Shown: positions 1-10,996, numbered from the stretch's first letter. The stretch is 64,000 bases of DNA from an uncultured Planctomycetaceae bacterium (GCA_963815195.1 CAWFGE010000012.1:288001-352000); one strand, 5' to 3'. Program-made: numbers and translations. The notes: generated by a model from the sequence alone, not told the origin.

Positions 1-339
1 TCCCTTGAACCGAAACGCCGGCCCCGCGCCGGCCATGAGGATTGTCGCCGAGCCGTCGCCGCTGATGGAGGTGTAACCGATCTTGTCCAAGTCGATCACG
101 ATCGGTTGGGTGATGCGGTAGATTCCTTTGACGAAGCGAACCCCGCGGCCGGAATCCACGGCTTTCTGAATGGCGGCCGTGTCGTCGGTTCGGCCGTCTC
201 CCGCCGCGCCGAAGTCGAGCACCGTGCGAACCGCGGCGTCGGCCGTTGGGCGGTCTTGGTCGGCCGCCGTCCCGCTGAAAGCCAAACCCGCGAGCGCAAC
301 GGCACACGCGGCGAAAAAACCAAGCAGTCCCTGTTTCAT
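1..339 (-). CDS. Secreted pectate-lyase-superfamily / right-handed beta-helix protein, N-terminal part (runs off left edge)
   Basis: Manual translation from ATG 339 gives MKQGLLGFFAACAVALAGLAFSG (signal-like) then VLDFGAAGDGRTDDTAAIQKAVD, the typical Pectate_lyase_3 N-terminal motif; frame stays open to position 1. Confidence 0.8.
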   Translation of the reverse strand, partial: MKQGLLGFFAACAVALAGLAFSGTAADQDRPTADAAVRTVLDFGAAGDGRTDDTAAIQKAVDSGRGVRFVKGIYRITQPIVIDLDKIGYTSISGDGSATILMAGAGPAFRFKG

Positions 340-431
340 GTCGGCGATTCCCGGATACGAGGTAAGGGCTCACGGAATAGCGCGTTCTACCACAGATCAA
401 GCCCCGCCTCAATTTCGCCGCGGGATTCCGT

Positions 432-3124
432 TCACGCTTCGTCCTCGGCTTCGTGGGAATGTTCGCGGCCCAGGAGCCATTTGCTTTTGTTGAGCATGCG
501 ATACACCGCCACTTTCAAAAAATCGTTGAACAGAAACCACGCCAGCGCATAAGCCCAGATCCAGCCGGCATACTTCCAGCCGATCGGCTCCATGAGCACG
601 CCGTAAACGGCGATCAAGGTTCCCAAAAGCATCGTGCCCACGGTCGCGCCCATCAGGATCGGAGCCGGCCACGGCTTTTGCCAGAAGAAGTTCTCCCCCG
701 CCCGCGCTACATAGAGCGTCGAATGCCCCGCCACGTCGAGCTTGAGGAAAATCAACGTCATGATGATGTCCCGATCCACACCCCGGCGCTCGAAAATGAA
801 AAACAGCAGAAACGACGCCAGGACGCCCGCGATCCCCAGCACCGTGGCCATCGTGAGCACCTCCCGCAGGTTCCAGCGGACCGGGTGCGGTTCGACGCGG
901 GCGCGGTCATACGCAATCGCCATGATCGGCACGTCATTTAACAGCGCCAACATGATAATCATGATCGGCGTGACGGGTCTGAACTGGAACACGACGATGG
1001 CCAGCGTCATGAACAGAATCACGCGGATCGTCTCGGCGATGCGGAAGATGGAATAGGCTTTCATCCGCCCGAAAATCATCCGGGCCTGCTCGAAGGCGTG
1101 AATGATCACCGACAGCCCGGGTTCCAATAAGACGAGATCGGCCGCGGCGCGGGCGGCGTCGGTCGCCCCGGAGACGGCGATCCCGGCGTCGGCTTTTTTG
1201 AGGGCCGGGGCGTCGTTCACGCCGTCGCCCGTCATCGCCACGATGTGGTCGGCCTTCTGCAGGCGGTCCACGATGTCGTACTTGTCTTCGGGAAAGACCT
1301 GGGCAAAGCCTCCGGTCTCCTCGATCAACTCGATGATCTGCGATTCGTGCCGGCGAACGAACACATGGTTCGGATGCAGTTTCTTCAGCCGCTCTTCGAG
1401 CTTCCCGACCACGTCTTCGCCGATGGCACGAATGTCGTCGGGAGTCGCGTCGGGCTTGAGCCGGGCATACAGCGATTCGGCGACGACGTCGGCGATGGCC
1501 AACAGTTCGGTGGGTTTCTCTTCCTTCAAATCCGCATGGTCGCGGATCTCGCCTTCGATTCCCAGAATCTCCGCAATCTGCCGGGCGATGGCGAGGTTGT
1601 CCCCGGTGATCATCTTGATCTCGACGCCCAACTTTTTGCGCGGGAAATCGTCTCGGCGGAATCGTCGCGGGGCGGATCGAAGAACGGCAGGATGCCGACG
1701 AATCGGAACACCGGCTCCTCGGGCTTTTTGAACGCCACGCCCAAGGTGCGGTAGCCTTTTTTGGCGAAGGCTTCAACCTGCTGTTGGGCGGGTTGGCTGG
1801 CGGGGCTGCCGTCGCACATCGCGAGAATTGCCTGCGGAGCCCCTTTGGTGACGATCAAACGCTCTTGATCGCTTTCCACGGTCGCTTCGGTCCGCTTGCG
1901 GACGGGATCGAAGGGCACAAAAGCTTTCCGCCGGTAAGCGTCAAGCCGGCCCTCGCCGCCGCCCGAATGCAGCGACGCGAAAATCGGCGTTTCGAGCGGA
2001 TCGTTGTTTTCCTCCCGGCTGGCGAGCGCGGCATAAAACAGAATGTCCTCCTTCGCGTAGCCGTCGTAAGTCACGGGATCGCCCAGTTGCATCACGTTCT
2101 TGGTCAACGTCCCCGTCTTGTCGCTGCAGAGAATGTCCACGCCCGCGAGTTCCTCGATCGCCACCAACCGGCTGACGATCGCCTGCCGGCGGGCCAATTG
2201 GATCGCGCCCACCGCCATCGTCACCGACAGCACGGCCGGCAAGGCCACGGGGATCGACGCCACCGTGAGCACCAGCGAGAAGCGGAGGATCTCCGTCAGA
2301 TCCTCCTTGCGAAGGATGCCGGTGATCACGATCACCACGACCATCGCCACCGAGATCAGGATCAGATAGTTCCCGACATTCACGATGGCTTTTTGGAAGT
2401 GGCTCCGCTGCTGTTTCCCGGCGCGGGCGACCAAGGCGACCGTGTTCCCGAAAAACGAGTGCAGCCCGGTCGCGGTCACGACCGCGAGCATCTCGCCCAT
2501 CTTGACGACCGAGTTTCCGTAAGCGATGTCTCCCATGGATTTATCGACGGGCATCGATTCTCCGGTCAGCGCGGACTGGTCGGCTTGGAGATACGCCCCC
2601 TCGATCAGCTTCACATCCGCCGGCACCACGTTCCCGATGCGAAGCTTGACGATGTCGCCCGGCACGAGTTCGCGGGCATCGATCTCTTGCCAACGTCCGT
2701 TCCGCATCGCCAGCGCCGTCTGCGCGAGTTTTTCCTTGAGCAGTTTGAGGGCTTTGAGGGCCGAGGACTCCTGGCGGAAATCGACGATCACATTCACCAA
2801 AAGCAAAACCACAATGATCGAAAAGTCTTCCCACTTCTGCACCGCGGCCGAGAGAATCGCCGCGGCTTCGATCATCCAGGGGATCGGCCCCCAGAACCGC
2901 TTGCCGATGCGCTTTAGCAGCGATTCCTCTTTTTCGGGAAGTTCATTCCGGCCGTATGCCTCTTGCCGGCGTGCGACTTCTTCGTCGGAAAGCCCGCCCG
3001 TCGGGTCGGTTTTTAGTTGGTTTAGCGTGTCTTCAACCGAAACCGATTCGAACGTTTCGGTTTTTTGGGGCGGTTTCGCTTGGCGGGGGGAACGCGGAGC
3101 GTCCACTGCAGATCGTTGGGACAT
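432..3124 (-). CDS. Plasma-membrane proton-efflux P-type ATPase (P3A), split by one frameshift near 1635
   Basis: TGES, IPVALP, DKTGTLT and DPPR in ORF 1610-3172; MITGD and TGDGVNDAPALKKA in ORF 432-1631; AAGGAG RBS before ATG 3124; one extra base in the T5 run at 1633-1637 joins the two frames. Confidence 0.92.
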
Positions 3125-3220
3125 CGATTCTCCTTGGTCTCTGTCTCGGTTCCCGCTTTGATCCGACAACAAGACGGCGCACGCTCAGCCGCGCGAGCGC
3201 AACGCCGCACCCGTGGCTTA

Positions 3221-3236
3221 TGCAAAGCCTGTGCCA
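3221..3236 (-). promoter_or_regulatory. Sigma-54 (-24/-12) promoter of the P-type ATPase
   Basis: Minus strand reads TGGCAC-AGGCT-TTGCA, matching TGGCAC-N5-TTGC; intergenic, about 100 bp upstream of the start codon. Confidence 0.75.
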
Positions 3237-3261
3237 TCGATCTTTCCGCCCGAGAATGACG

Positions 3262-3720
3262 TCAGTCGCCGGTGCCCACGTCGGTTTCGAATGCCGATTG
3301 GACGATTTCGTTCTCGGCCCGTTCATGCTGGCGCAGGTCGGCGATAATGCCTTCAAACTCGTCCCGCGCTTGCTGCCAGGAGTCGAACGGCGGCTCGCTC
3401 ATTTCCAGCCGGCGGCTGAAATCGTTGATCGCGTCCAAAACCTCGCCGTGCTGCTTTTGCAGTTCCCCGGCCTCCTTGGTGAATTGGGGCGCGATCGCCA
3501 AAGCCTGCGCGAGATAGCCGCCGTTTTCCTCCTCCGCGAAATGTTCGGCCAGGAGGCCGTGCAGTTCTTCCACTCGCGTCCCCATCTCGCCGAACTTGGG
3601 CAGGCCGAACTGGTCCAGCTCGGACCACCATTTGCGAAGATCTGTAATCCGGCCCATCAACTCGCGGTGCTCTTCCAACAGCCAGGTCAGCTGATGCGGA
3701 GAGTTGGATTGGTGAGACAT
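3262..3720 (-). CDS. Hemerythrin-like (HHE cation-binding) protein
   Basis: LEEH...EHFAEEE...QH...HERAEN pattern; AAGGAG RBS before ATG 3720. Confidence 0.85.
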   Translation of the reverse strand: MSHQSNSPHQLTWLLEEHRELMGRITDLRKWWSELDQFGLPKFGEMGTRVEELHGLLAEHFAEEENGGYLAQALAIAPQFTKEAGELQKQHGEVLDAINDFSRRLEMSEPPFDSWQQARDEFEGIIADLRQHERAENEIVQSAFETDVGTGD

Positions 3721-3885
3721 GGCCTGACTCCTTGATCGCGGTGTGAAAACGAAAATCCCCTGCGGGAAAACCCTCGCGATTTCCAAACGCGGGGCACAAA
3801 AAAAGCCCAGCGGCCAGACAATTCCGGCGGCCGAGCGATCATCGCTTGAAAAAAACGCGCCCATCTCGAGCTCTCGTTATCGGGG

Positions 3886-3894
3886 ATTATATCA
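3886..3894 (-). promoter_or_regulatory. Possible extended -10 promoter for the hemerythrin gene
   Basis: Minus strand TGATATAAT (TGnTATAAT) in the divergent intergenic region. Confidence 0.4.
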
Positions 3895-4166
3895 ATTCGT
3901 CAAACCCCAAGCCAGAGAACCGCCTCACATCTCACATTGAAATCCAAGGAGGATCGGAACGCGCCTCCACCGATTTTGGCGACACAAATGCCCGAACCAT
4001 AATCGAGAAACCCGCCCTAACGTCTTCATTCCGCTTGCATTATAATGAATCGCGCCGTTTCCTTGACTGTTTTTTTCGAACGCATTTTGAACGGACGGCC
4101 GAGCAAAGTCCCGGTCGCCGTCACGCATTCTCAAAACGCGCTCTTCATTTTAGACGGAACGAAGTT

Positions 4167-5726
4167 ATGGATCCCCTCGATCTTCAAGAATACGAATGGA
4201 AAATCCGCGTCCGCCAGTTGACGTTGGACGATTACGACGCCCTCATCACCATGCAGCAACGATGCTTCCCCGGCATGGCGACTTGGAAGCGCGAACACCT
4301 CGAAAGCCAGCTGCACATGTTCCCCGAGGGGCAGCTTTGCATCGAAATCGACGGGCAGCTCGCGGCGTCCTCGAGCAGCCTGATGCTCAAATACTCCCCC
4401 AGCCTCGAATGGCACAACTGGCGGGCTGTCTCGGACAACGGCTTCATCCGCAACCACAACCCCAAAGGCGATACGCTCTACGGCATCGAGATCATGGTCG
4501 ATCCCGAGTTCCGCGGGATGAAGCTCAGCCGCCGGCTCTACGATGCCCGCAAGGAAGTCTGCCGGCATCGGAACCTCGCGCGGATCATCATCGCCGGCCG
4601 GATCCCGGGCTATCACAAGTACGCCGACAAAATGTCCGCCGCCGAGTACGCCGAGCGCGTTTCCACATCGGGACTTTACGACCCTGTCCTCACCGCCCAA
4701 ATCGCGAACGGGTTCGCGCTCCAGGGTTTGATCCCGAACTACCTGCCCTCGGACACCGACTCCTGCGGCTATGCGACGTTTCTCGAATGGAAAAACCTGG
4801 ACTACAAGCCCGGGGCGAAACGGCATTTCCATCCCGGGGTGGAACCCGTGCGGCTGTGCATCGTGCAGTACCAGATGCGGGCCATCCGCGGGTTCGACGA
4901 CTTCGCCCAGCAGTGCGATTTGTTCCTCGACGTCGCTTCCGACTATAAGAGCGATTTCATCCTCTTCCCCGAACTGCACACGACGCAGCTTTTGTCCTGC
5001 GTCAAACCCAGCCGGCCCGGACAGGCGGCCCGGCAACTCGCCCAGTTTACGCCTCAGTACCTGGAGTTCTTCGCCGAGAACGCGGTCAAGTACGATCTGA
5101 ACGTCATCGCCGGCTCGCAGTTCGTCGTGGAGGATGAGCAGCTTTATAATTGCGCGTTCTTCTTCCGCCGGGACGGTTCGATCGAGAAGCAGTACAAAGT
5201 CCACATCACGCCCAGCGAACGCCGCTGGTGGGGCGTGGCACCGGGCGACAAGGTGAATGTGTTCGACACGGACTGCGGCAAGATCGCGGTCCTGGTGTGC
5301 TACGACATCGAGTTCCCCGAACTGGTCCGCATCGCCGCCCAGAAGGGGGCCGACATCATCTTCGTGCCCTTCAATACCGACACCCGCCACGGTTATTTGC
5401 GGATCAGGCATTGTGCGATGGCCCGTTGCGTGGAGAACCACGTGTATGTCGCGATCGCCGGCTGCACGGGAAACCTGCCCTTTGTGGAGAACGCGGACAT
5501 TCACTATGCCCAATCCGGCATCTTCACGCCTTCGGACGTGGAATTCTCAAGAGACGCCGTCGCCGCCGAGTGCACGCCGAACATCGAGACGGTCATCATC
5601 CACGATGTGGACACGGAATTGCTCAAGCACCACCGCGAATCCGGTGCCGTCCAAAACTGGAACGACCGCCGCACGGATTTGTATAAAGTGGTCTACAAAG
5701 AAGACGGGGAGACTTTTGAGGTGTGA
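4167..5726 (+). CDS. Bifunctional GNAT acetyltransferase / carbon-nitrogen hydrolase (nitrilase family)
   Basis: GNAT segment [15 protein letters not shown], then nitrilase triad motifs FPE, YKVHI and CYDIEFPE. Confidence 0.9.
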   Translation: MDPLDLQEYEWKIRVRQLTLDDYDALITMQQRCFPGMATWKREHLESQLHMFPEGQLCIEIDGQLAASSSSLMLKYSPSLEWHNWRAVSDNGFIRNHNPKGDTLYGIEIMVDPEFRGMKLSRRLYDARKEVCRHRNLARIIIAGRIPGYHKYADKMSAAEYAERVSTSGLYDPVLTAQIANGFALQGLIPNYLPSDTDSCGYATFLEWKNLDYKPGAKRHFHPGVEPVRLCIVQYQMRAIRGFDDFAQQCDLFLDVASDYKSDFILFPELHTTQLLSCVKPSRPGQAARQLAQFTPQYLEFFAENAVKYDLNVIAGSQFVVEDEQLYNCAFFFRRDGSIEKQYKVHITPSERRWWGVAPGDKVNVFDTDCGKIAVLVCYDIEFPELVRIAAQKGADIIFVPFNTDTRHGYLRIRHCAMARCVENHVYVAIAGCTGNLPFVENADIHYAQSGIFTPSDVEFSRDAVAAECTPNIETVIIHDVDTELLKHHRESGAVQNWNDRRTDLYKVVYKEDGETFEV

Positions 5727-5804
5727 GCGGCTTCGCTGATGGAAGTGCACGGCTACATAATCAAAGGCTCAGGCTTTTTTATAAGGAAGTGCCCCAAGAA
5801 TACT

Positions 5805-6101
5805 TTATTTCGTGTGGATGATTTCCACTCCCGACCAATCTTCGCCCGGCGGATTTTGCCTTAATTCCTCCGCCCTCTCCAACATCTGGGCGGCGGGGTC
5901 GTCGGCGGGAGCCTGCGAGAGGATCTCCCGGTAAATGCGGCATGCGTCGTCAAAGTTTGCCTTCAAATAGGCCGTCAGGGCCTGCTCGGAGAGTTTCGCA
6001 AATTGAAGAATCTCTGAATCGGCCTCCTCCCGAGTGCTTAATGGCTCATAAACTTTCACCGCGTGACGCTTGCCTTTCACGGCCACAATTTCCAATGGGC
6101 C
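5805..6101 (-). pseudogene. C-terminal remnant of a class III adenylate/guanylate cyclase-type protein
   Basis: VAVKGKRHAVKVYE followed by a TPR-like helix pair and the ending PPGEDWSGVEIIHTK, typical cyclase tail; no catalytic core upstream. Confidence 0.6.
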
Positions 6102-6337
6102 AGAGAATGTAGGGCCGGCTGTGCCGGCCATCGACGAGGTGGAGCGGTCTGTTCTCCAATCCAAAAGCCAGCAGAGCCGGCCCTACACTTAATCATCGAA
6201 ACTCTGCTTCTCTATTGCCAATCCATCGGAAAATGGATTAACCACCGATCGCCTACTTTTCGGAATCGAATCGTGCGAACGATTGGTTTTTGTCTTCGGG
6301 TTGAGGCGGTGGTCGATTTCAAGCCGGAATTCAAAGG

Positions 6338-7153
6338 TTATTTGGAAAGCAGCTTGAATTCCGGGTCATTGGTTCCTTCCTTGACTGTGAATTTGAGCTC
6401 CGATTTCACGTTGTATTGAGTGGGAATGTTCGTTTCCGAAGACATAATTCGGACAAAGTAATTTCCGAGGGCGGCACCTTTGAGATCTTTTGCATATTCA
6501 AGTTCGAACTTTCCTTCCTTGTCCGTGACGCCGATAGACTCGGCTGGTAATTCGTCCGGTTTCCATTCGTCTTGTGGAACAAATGTGACCACGGCATGGG
6601 GAAGCGGTTGACCGTCAAGAGTGACCGTTCCTGTCACGACTTCCAGTGGTGGATGTTCCACGGTTGTCATCATAGACGACATTAACCAGTATAAGCCGAT
6701 ACAGGCCACAAGGACTGCCGCCGCACTAGGAAGAATGATCTTCGCATTGTATTTGAAGTATTCGACAGCATTCTTGTTGTCGTCCAACAATTTCTTGACG
6801 CCCGTCCTTTCATCCGCCAGTTGATCCTCCGGTTTCTTTTTCGATTTGAGTAACTGGTAGGCGATGTTGCTGGTATCAGATGCCGCAGAACTGGGAGTCG
6901 AGGGTTTTTCGCGGCGGACTTCCTCTTGGGAGCGCAATTCCGAGAGCGGGGGAAGTGAAACTTCGCGGTTTATTGCAGCACGCTTACTTGTTTCCCCAGC
7001 GGCGACGGCCTCGCTTTTTTCGGGGACCGTCGCCTCGCTTTTCTGGGGGACCGTCATGGTGTTTTTGCATTTGGAGCAAACTACTTTTTTTCCGATGTAG
7101 TCGTCCGGCGCTTTGAGTCTCTTGCCGCATTGACACAAAAATCGAATAGTCAT
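6338..7153 (-). CDS. Zn-ribbon + TM + carboxypeptidase-regulatory-like domain protein (DUF1559 partner)
   Basis: N-terminal CQCGK...CSKC; one hydrophobic TM; VTGTVTLDGQPL...GVTDKEGKFEL...IPTQYN..SEL motif typical of DUF1559-adjacent proteins. Confidence 0.75.
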   Translation of the reverse strand: MTIRFLCQCGKRLKAPDDYIGKKVVCSKCKNTMTVPQKSEATVPEKSEAVAAGETSKRAAINREVSLPPLSELRSQEEVRREKPSTPSSAASDTSNIAYQLLKSKKKPEDQLADERTGVKKLLDDNKNAVEYFKYNAKIILPSAAAVLVACIGLYWLMSSMMTTVEHPPLEVVTGTVTLDGQPLPHAVVTFVPQDEWKPDELPAESIGVTDKEGKFELEYAKDLKGAALGNYFVRIMSSETNIPTQYNVKSELKFTVKEGTNDPEFKLLSK

Positions 7154-7352
7154 TCGTCGGCCCACTTTGTTTGAGAAAAAAAGAATCTCGCCCGCACGAG
7201 CTTAGACAAGCTGGCAGGTTTAGGCGTTAGTGGAGAAACAACTGTCCGATGATCAGCCGGAACGCCCTCTGCGCCCGGTTATCCACGCGAACCTGGGCAG
7301 TTATTCATCGAATGATCCTTGAAAACTATTAATCACGGCCAAGGCAAATTCC

Positions 7353-8393
7353 TTACTTATTGACCGGGATACCGTTCGCCATATTCCCCAAATTGGCGAA
7401 TAGGAAGCCGTTGATGTTTTGTGACAGCGGGCGAACTGAACCATCTGCAAATCCATAGTTGGCGATACCAGCATGTGCGCTGCCGGAACCTGCGATGCCG
7501 AGTCCTTTGTTCGGTCCCCAGCGGGTGCTGAACATTGTGGCGGCCCCTCCCCAGGCCCAGCCGTCGCGGCTGACCATGCCATCAATAACGCCGGGGCGAG
7601 TTAATCTCTGAGCCTCTCCGACGATGATCACATTCATTTGGCCATCTGAAATATTACTCATATTCGTGCTGCTGTTCACAGAAAAAATGCCAATATCGAA
7701 CGGATAAGGCGTGTACATAATTCCGGGAGGGCCGTATTGTGTTGGCTGAACGGGCATGTTCCGATTTTGTGCCGGCGACACAGCCCAAGTTGCTCCGGGG
7801 AGACCTGCGGACGCCGGGTTGAACGCGATGCCTGAACCAATACAGCCCGCGTAGTCGTTCCCCCCTTTGGTAAAGTTAGGATTCACTCTTTGAAGATTAG
7901 CGAATTGGGTAAGCTGCATAGTGCTACGCCGAGACGGACAATAGAATACTGGTATATTTGACTGAGCAGGTGTAAATACGTCAGTGGCCAGTAATCGAAC
8001 ACCGTTCCCATAAACATTGCGACTAAAATTCCAAACGTTGTATATTTGTGCCTGCTCAAGCATGGGTAAAATGTGGAGCATCCAACTCGTTCCATGCCGC
8101 CCCGTACTCGTGATCTGAGTGCCTTCGGTCGCATAAGCGTACGTAAACGCTGCAGTCGAAACATAAGTAGTTGTTAGTTCACCAGGAGGAAACATCAAGT
8201 GAAGGTCGTGATAGTTGTGCAGCGCCAAGACAATTTGTTTTAAGTTGTTCTGGCATGCTGACCGGCGAGCTGCTTCTCGTGCCTGTTGAACCGCCGGCAA
8301 AAGCAACGAAACCAAAATGGCAATGATTGCGATTACTACCAACAATTCAATCAACGTGAAGCCTTGAGGGCGGGACGTTCGATTCCTACGCAT
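7353..8393 (-). CDS. DUF1559 prepilin-type N-terminal cleavage/methylation domain protein
   Basis: [40 protein letters not shown] and C-terminal [12 protein letters not shown] (H-X9-DG). Confidence 0.95.
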   Translation of the reverse strand: MRRNRTSRPQGFTLIELLVVIAIIAILVSLLLPAVQQAREAARRSACQNNLKQIVLALHNYHDLHLMFPPGELTTTYVSTAAFTYAYATEGTQITSTGRHGTSWMLHILPMLEQAQIYNVWNFSRNVYGNGVRLLATDVFTPAQSNIPVFYCPSRRSTMQLTQFANLQRVNPNFTKGGNDYAGCIGSGIAFNPASAGLPGATWAVSPAQNRNMPVQPTQYGPPGIMYTPYPFDIGIFSVNSSTNMSNISDGQMNVIIVGEAQRLTRPGVIDGMVSRDGWAWGGAATMFSTRWGPNKGLGIAGSGSAHAGIANYGFADGSVRPLSQNINGFLFANLGNMANGIPVNK

Positions 8394-9234
8394 GGTGGGT
8401 CTCCGGGAAATGAAAGAGATTCAATTGCGCTTTGGCGTCGAACGTTGACGAAAGCGCTCATGTACCACGCACTTTAACGAGTGCCGAGCCGCGCATGTTT
8501 CGCCGTCGCTTCGGCCATTGATTTGGCAAGGCGACGGCGGATGGGGCGACTCCTCCCGTGGGTTGGGCTGTGGGGAGGTTGTAGCCAAGAATGAACACGA
8601 CCTGATCGTATAAAGTCCTCTTATGAACCTTGTTGGCAAAAGTTCATTCGTATCATTACGTCAGCATCGAACTCTCGGTGCCCAAGACCTGGTGATTGAC
8701 TGAATAAGTCACGTCTTGGATTTTTGGCTCCTTGTCATCACCCGCCCTAAAGGCAAGGTTCTCATTCCCGTTCCATGATACGAGCGTTTCGGCGCAGAGT
8801 AGAGGTTGCGTGGTGGCTCTCTGTTTTGGAAAGTGGGGAGAAATGATACCCCCCAATTCTTCGGAGCAACCACGATTATAACTGCGTCTTTTGGGAATTT
8901 CAAATTTAGATTTGAGATTTTTTATCGGTATTTACCTAGCTTATTACCTGTTCCTATGTCGTTCGATGTTTGCTCGGCGTGGTTGCGTTTTGGAATGGGG
9001 GAAAGCCCGCTCAGCGAACGGCGGTCGTTCTGGATACGAACACCATAGAGTCGTGTTCCGTTCTCGGGTTTAGGTTGATCCCTTGGGGCCGGGTTCAACC
9101 TGTTAATGTTGGATCAAGATTCCCGAGACGAGTGGCCTGTAGGACCGGCTTTACGTGGCTGCCGTTGCTGGCTTCGCAATGGATGCCGCGGCCGATTCGG
9201 CTTCAAAGACCAACGCATCCCGTCCTGGCTGGGC

Positions 9235-9264
9235 TTGACACGTAAGGAGTTCCTTACCTATACT
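9235..9264 (+). promoter_or_regulatory. Sigma-70 promoter with an embedded palindromic operator
   Basis: TTGACA (9235-9240), 18 bp spacer, TATACT (9259-9264); the spacer contains the inverted repeat GTAAGGA-gt-TCCTTAC (9242-9257); ATG at 9271. Confidence 0.8.
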
Positions 9265-9270
9265 GGCCGC

Positions 9271-9603
9271 ATGGTGGTGACTCCCAATCGCGAACCCGAC
9301 GTCTTCGGAGCGATCAGCCATCCCGCGCGGCGGCGGATGCTCGATCTGCTTGCGGAGACGGACCGGTCCGTCTCCGCGATTGCGGGACATTTCCAGATGA
9401 GCCGCCCGGCGGTCTCGCAGCACCTCCGTGTGTTGCTCGATGCCGGTCTCGTGACCGAAGAGCGGCACGGCCGCGAACGCCGCTACCATTTCGTCCCCGA
9501 ACAGCTCGGCCCGGTGCGGGACTGGATCGCGCAATACGAGCGGTTCTGGGACGAGCACCTGCAGCGTCTTCAAAAGCACTTGTCCCAGAGGAACGGCGAA
9601 TGA
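9271..9603 (+). CDS. ArsR/SmtB family transcriptional regulator
   Basis: DVFGAISHPARRRML...MSRPAVSQHLRVL..AGLV HTH; ATGA overlap with the next gene. Confidence 0.93.
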   Translation: MVVTPNREPDVFGAISHPARRRMLDLLAETDRSVSAIAGHFQMSRPAVSQHLRVLLDAGLVTEERHGRERRYHFVPEQLGPVRDWIAQYERFWDEHLQRLQKHLSQRNGE

Positions 9604-10040
9604 CTCAAACGATTCGAAGAGAGATTCTGATTCCTCAGCCGCGGGAACAGGTCTGGCGAGCGCTCACGAACAGGAGTGCGCTGGCGGAGTGGATGTATCC
9701 CAACGATTTCGAGCCGCGCGTCGGCCACCATTTCACCTTCCAGGTGCCGCCGAACCCCAAGGCGGGTTTCGCTGGGCTGGTCGTGGATTGCGAGGTGCTG
9801 GAATGCGAACCGCCCGGCCGGCTCGCGTTCTCGTGGTCGGCTGGCGGGCTCGTCGATACGCGGGTGAGCTTCCGCCTCGAACCCGACGGCGATGGTACAC
9901 GTCTTTTCTTCGAGCATTCCGGCTTTGATGTCTCCCAGCCGTTTGGCGAGCAGGCGTTCCGCGGGGCCGAGTTTGGCTGGGCGAAGATGCTCAAACAGCT
10001 TGCAGCCGTGGTCGCGGGCTTCGCGGCCGAACCCCAATAG
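9600..10040 (+). CDS. SRPBCC/AHSA1-like domain protein
   Basis: PREQVWRALT...LAEW...CEVLECEPP.RLAFSW...GW motif; translationally coupled to ArsR. Confidence 0.9.
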   Translation: MTQTIRREILIPQPREQVWRALTNRSALAEWMYPNDFEPRVGHHFTFQVPPNPKAGFAGLVVDCEVLECEPPGRLAFSWSAGGLVDTRVSFRLEPDGDGTRLFFEHSGFDVSQPFGEQAFRGAEFGWAKMLKQLAAVVAGFAAEPQ

Positions 10041-10050
10041 GAGAGCCAGC

Positions 10051-10284
10051 ATGAACCAGGGCACCAAACGTTCGATATTTCGTTGGATTCACATCATCTT
10101 CAGCATTCCGATCCTCGGCTATATTTATAGTCCATTTGAAGAGATTCCCAACTACGCCCCGGCGACTCGGTTTGTGTTCGTTCCTGTGCTTGTTCTTTCC
10201 GGATTGTGGATGTGGAAGGGCCATGTCCTCGGGCGACTTTTTGCGAAAAGATCGGGGCCGCAAGGCGCTGCAGATCACCCCTAG
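10051..10284 (+). CDS. Small two-TM membrane protein
   Basis: RWIHIIFSIPILGYIYSP...SGLWMWKG; GGAGAG RBS; lies inside the operon. Confidence 0.7.
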   Translation: MNQGTKRSIFRWIHIIFSIPILGYIYSPFEEIPNYAPATRFVFVPVLVLSGLWMWKGHVLGRLFAKRSGPQGAADHP

Positions 10285-10333
10285 CCGGTTTCACATGAAC
10301 GTCAACTGTCATCACACACCATATGAGTTCCCC

Positions 10334-10996
10334 ATGAATCAAGGCATCGATGCGAAAAGGAATCCTGAGGTTGATGACTATTTAAGGAAAGCCAAAAAGT
10401 GGCAGGAGGAATTGCGGACATTGAGAACGATCGTTCTCGACGGTCAGCTGACCGAAGAATTCAAGTGGCGGGCGCCTTGTTACACGTTTCAGGGCCGGAA
10501 TGTCGTCATACTCGGCGGATTCAAAGATTTCTGTGCGATGACGTTTTTCAAAGGCGCCTTGTTAACAGACCCCGATGGCGTACTCGCCAAACCGGGGGAG
10601 CATACGCAGGCGGCACGCTTGATCCGGTTCACCAGCGTTCCGGAAATCGTGGAGAGGGAAGCCATCTTGAAAGCGTATCTCAATGAAGCCATTGAAGTGG
10701 AAAAAGCCGGCTTGAAAGTGGATTTCAAAGAGAAAACAGAGCTGGTTTATCCTGAAGAGCTTCAACACAAACTGGATGAAATCCCCGCCTTGAGAACCGC
10801 GTTTGAAGCATTGACGCCGGGACGGCAAAGGGCGTACCTACTTCATTTTTCCGCACCCAAACAATCGAAGACCCGCGAGTCGAGGATTGAGAAATGCATG
10901 GAGCGAATTTTCGCTGGCAAGGGATTGAACGATTGCATTTGTGGTCACTCTCAAAAGCTGCCCCACTGCGACGGCTCGCATAAGCTCATTCGATGA
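10334..10996 (+). CDS. YdeI/DUF1801 family protein with C-terminal CDGSH [2Fe-2S] motif
   Basis: EEFKWRAPCY, FFKGALL.DP and FEALTPGRQRAY...KQSKTR..RI; ends CICGHSQKLPHCDGSH. Confidence 0.88.
   Translation: MNQGIDAKRNPEVDDYLRKAKKWQEELRTLRTIVLDGQLTEEFKWRAPCYTFQGRNVVILGGFKDFCAMTFFKGALLTDPDGVLAKPGEHTQAARLIRFTSVPEIVEREAILKAYLNEAIEVEKAGLKVDFKEKTELVYPEELQHKLDEIPALRTAFEALTPGRQRAYLLHFSAPKQSKTRESRIEKCMERIFAGKGLNDCICGHSQKLPHCDGSHKLIR

Noticed and set aside
1610..1660. Programmed ribosomal frameshift in the ATPase
   Set aside because: A homopolymer sequencing error is simpler given the many similar indels across the window.
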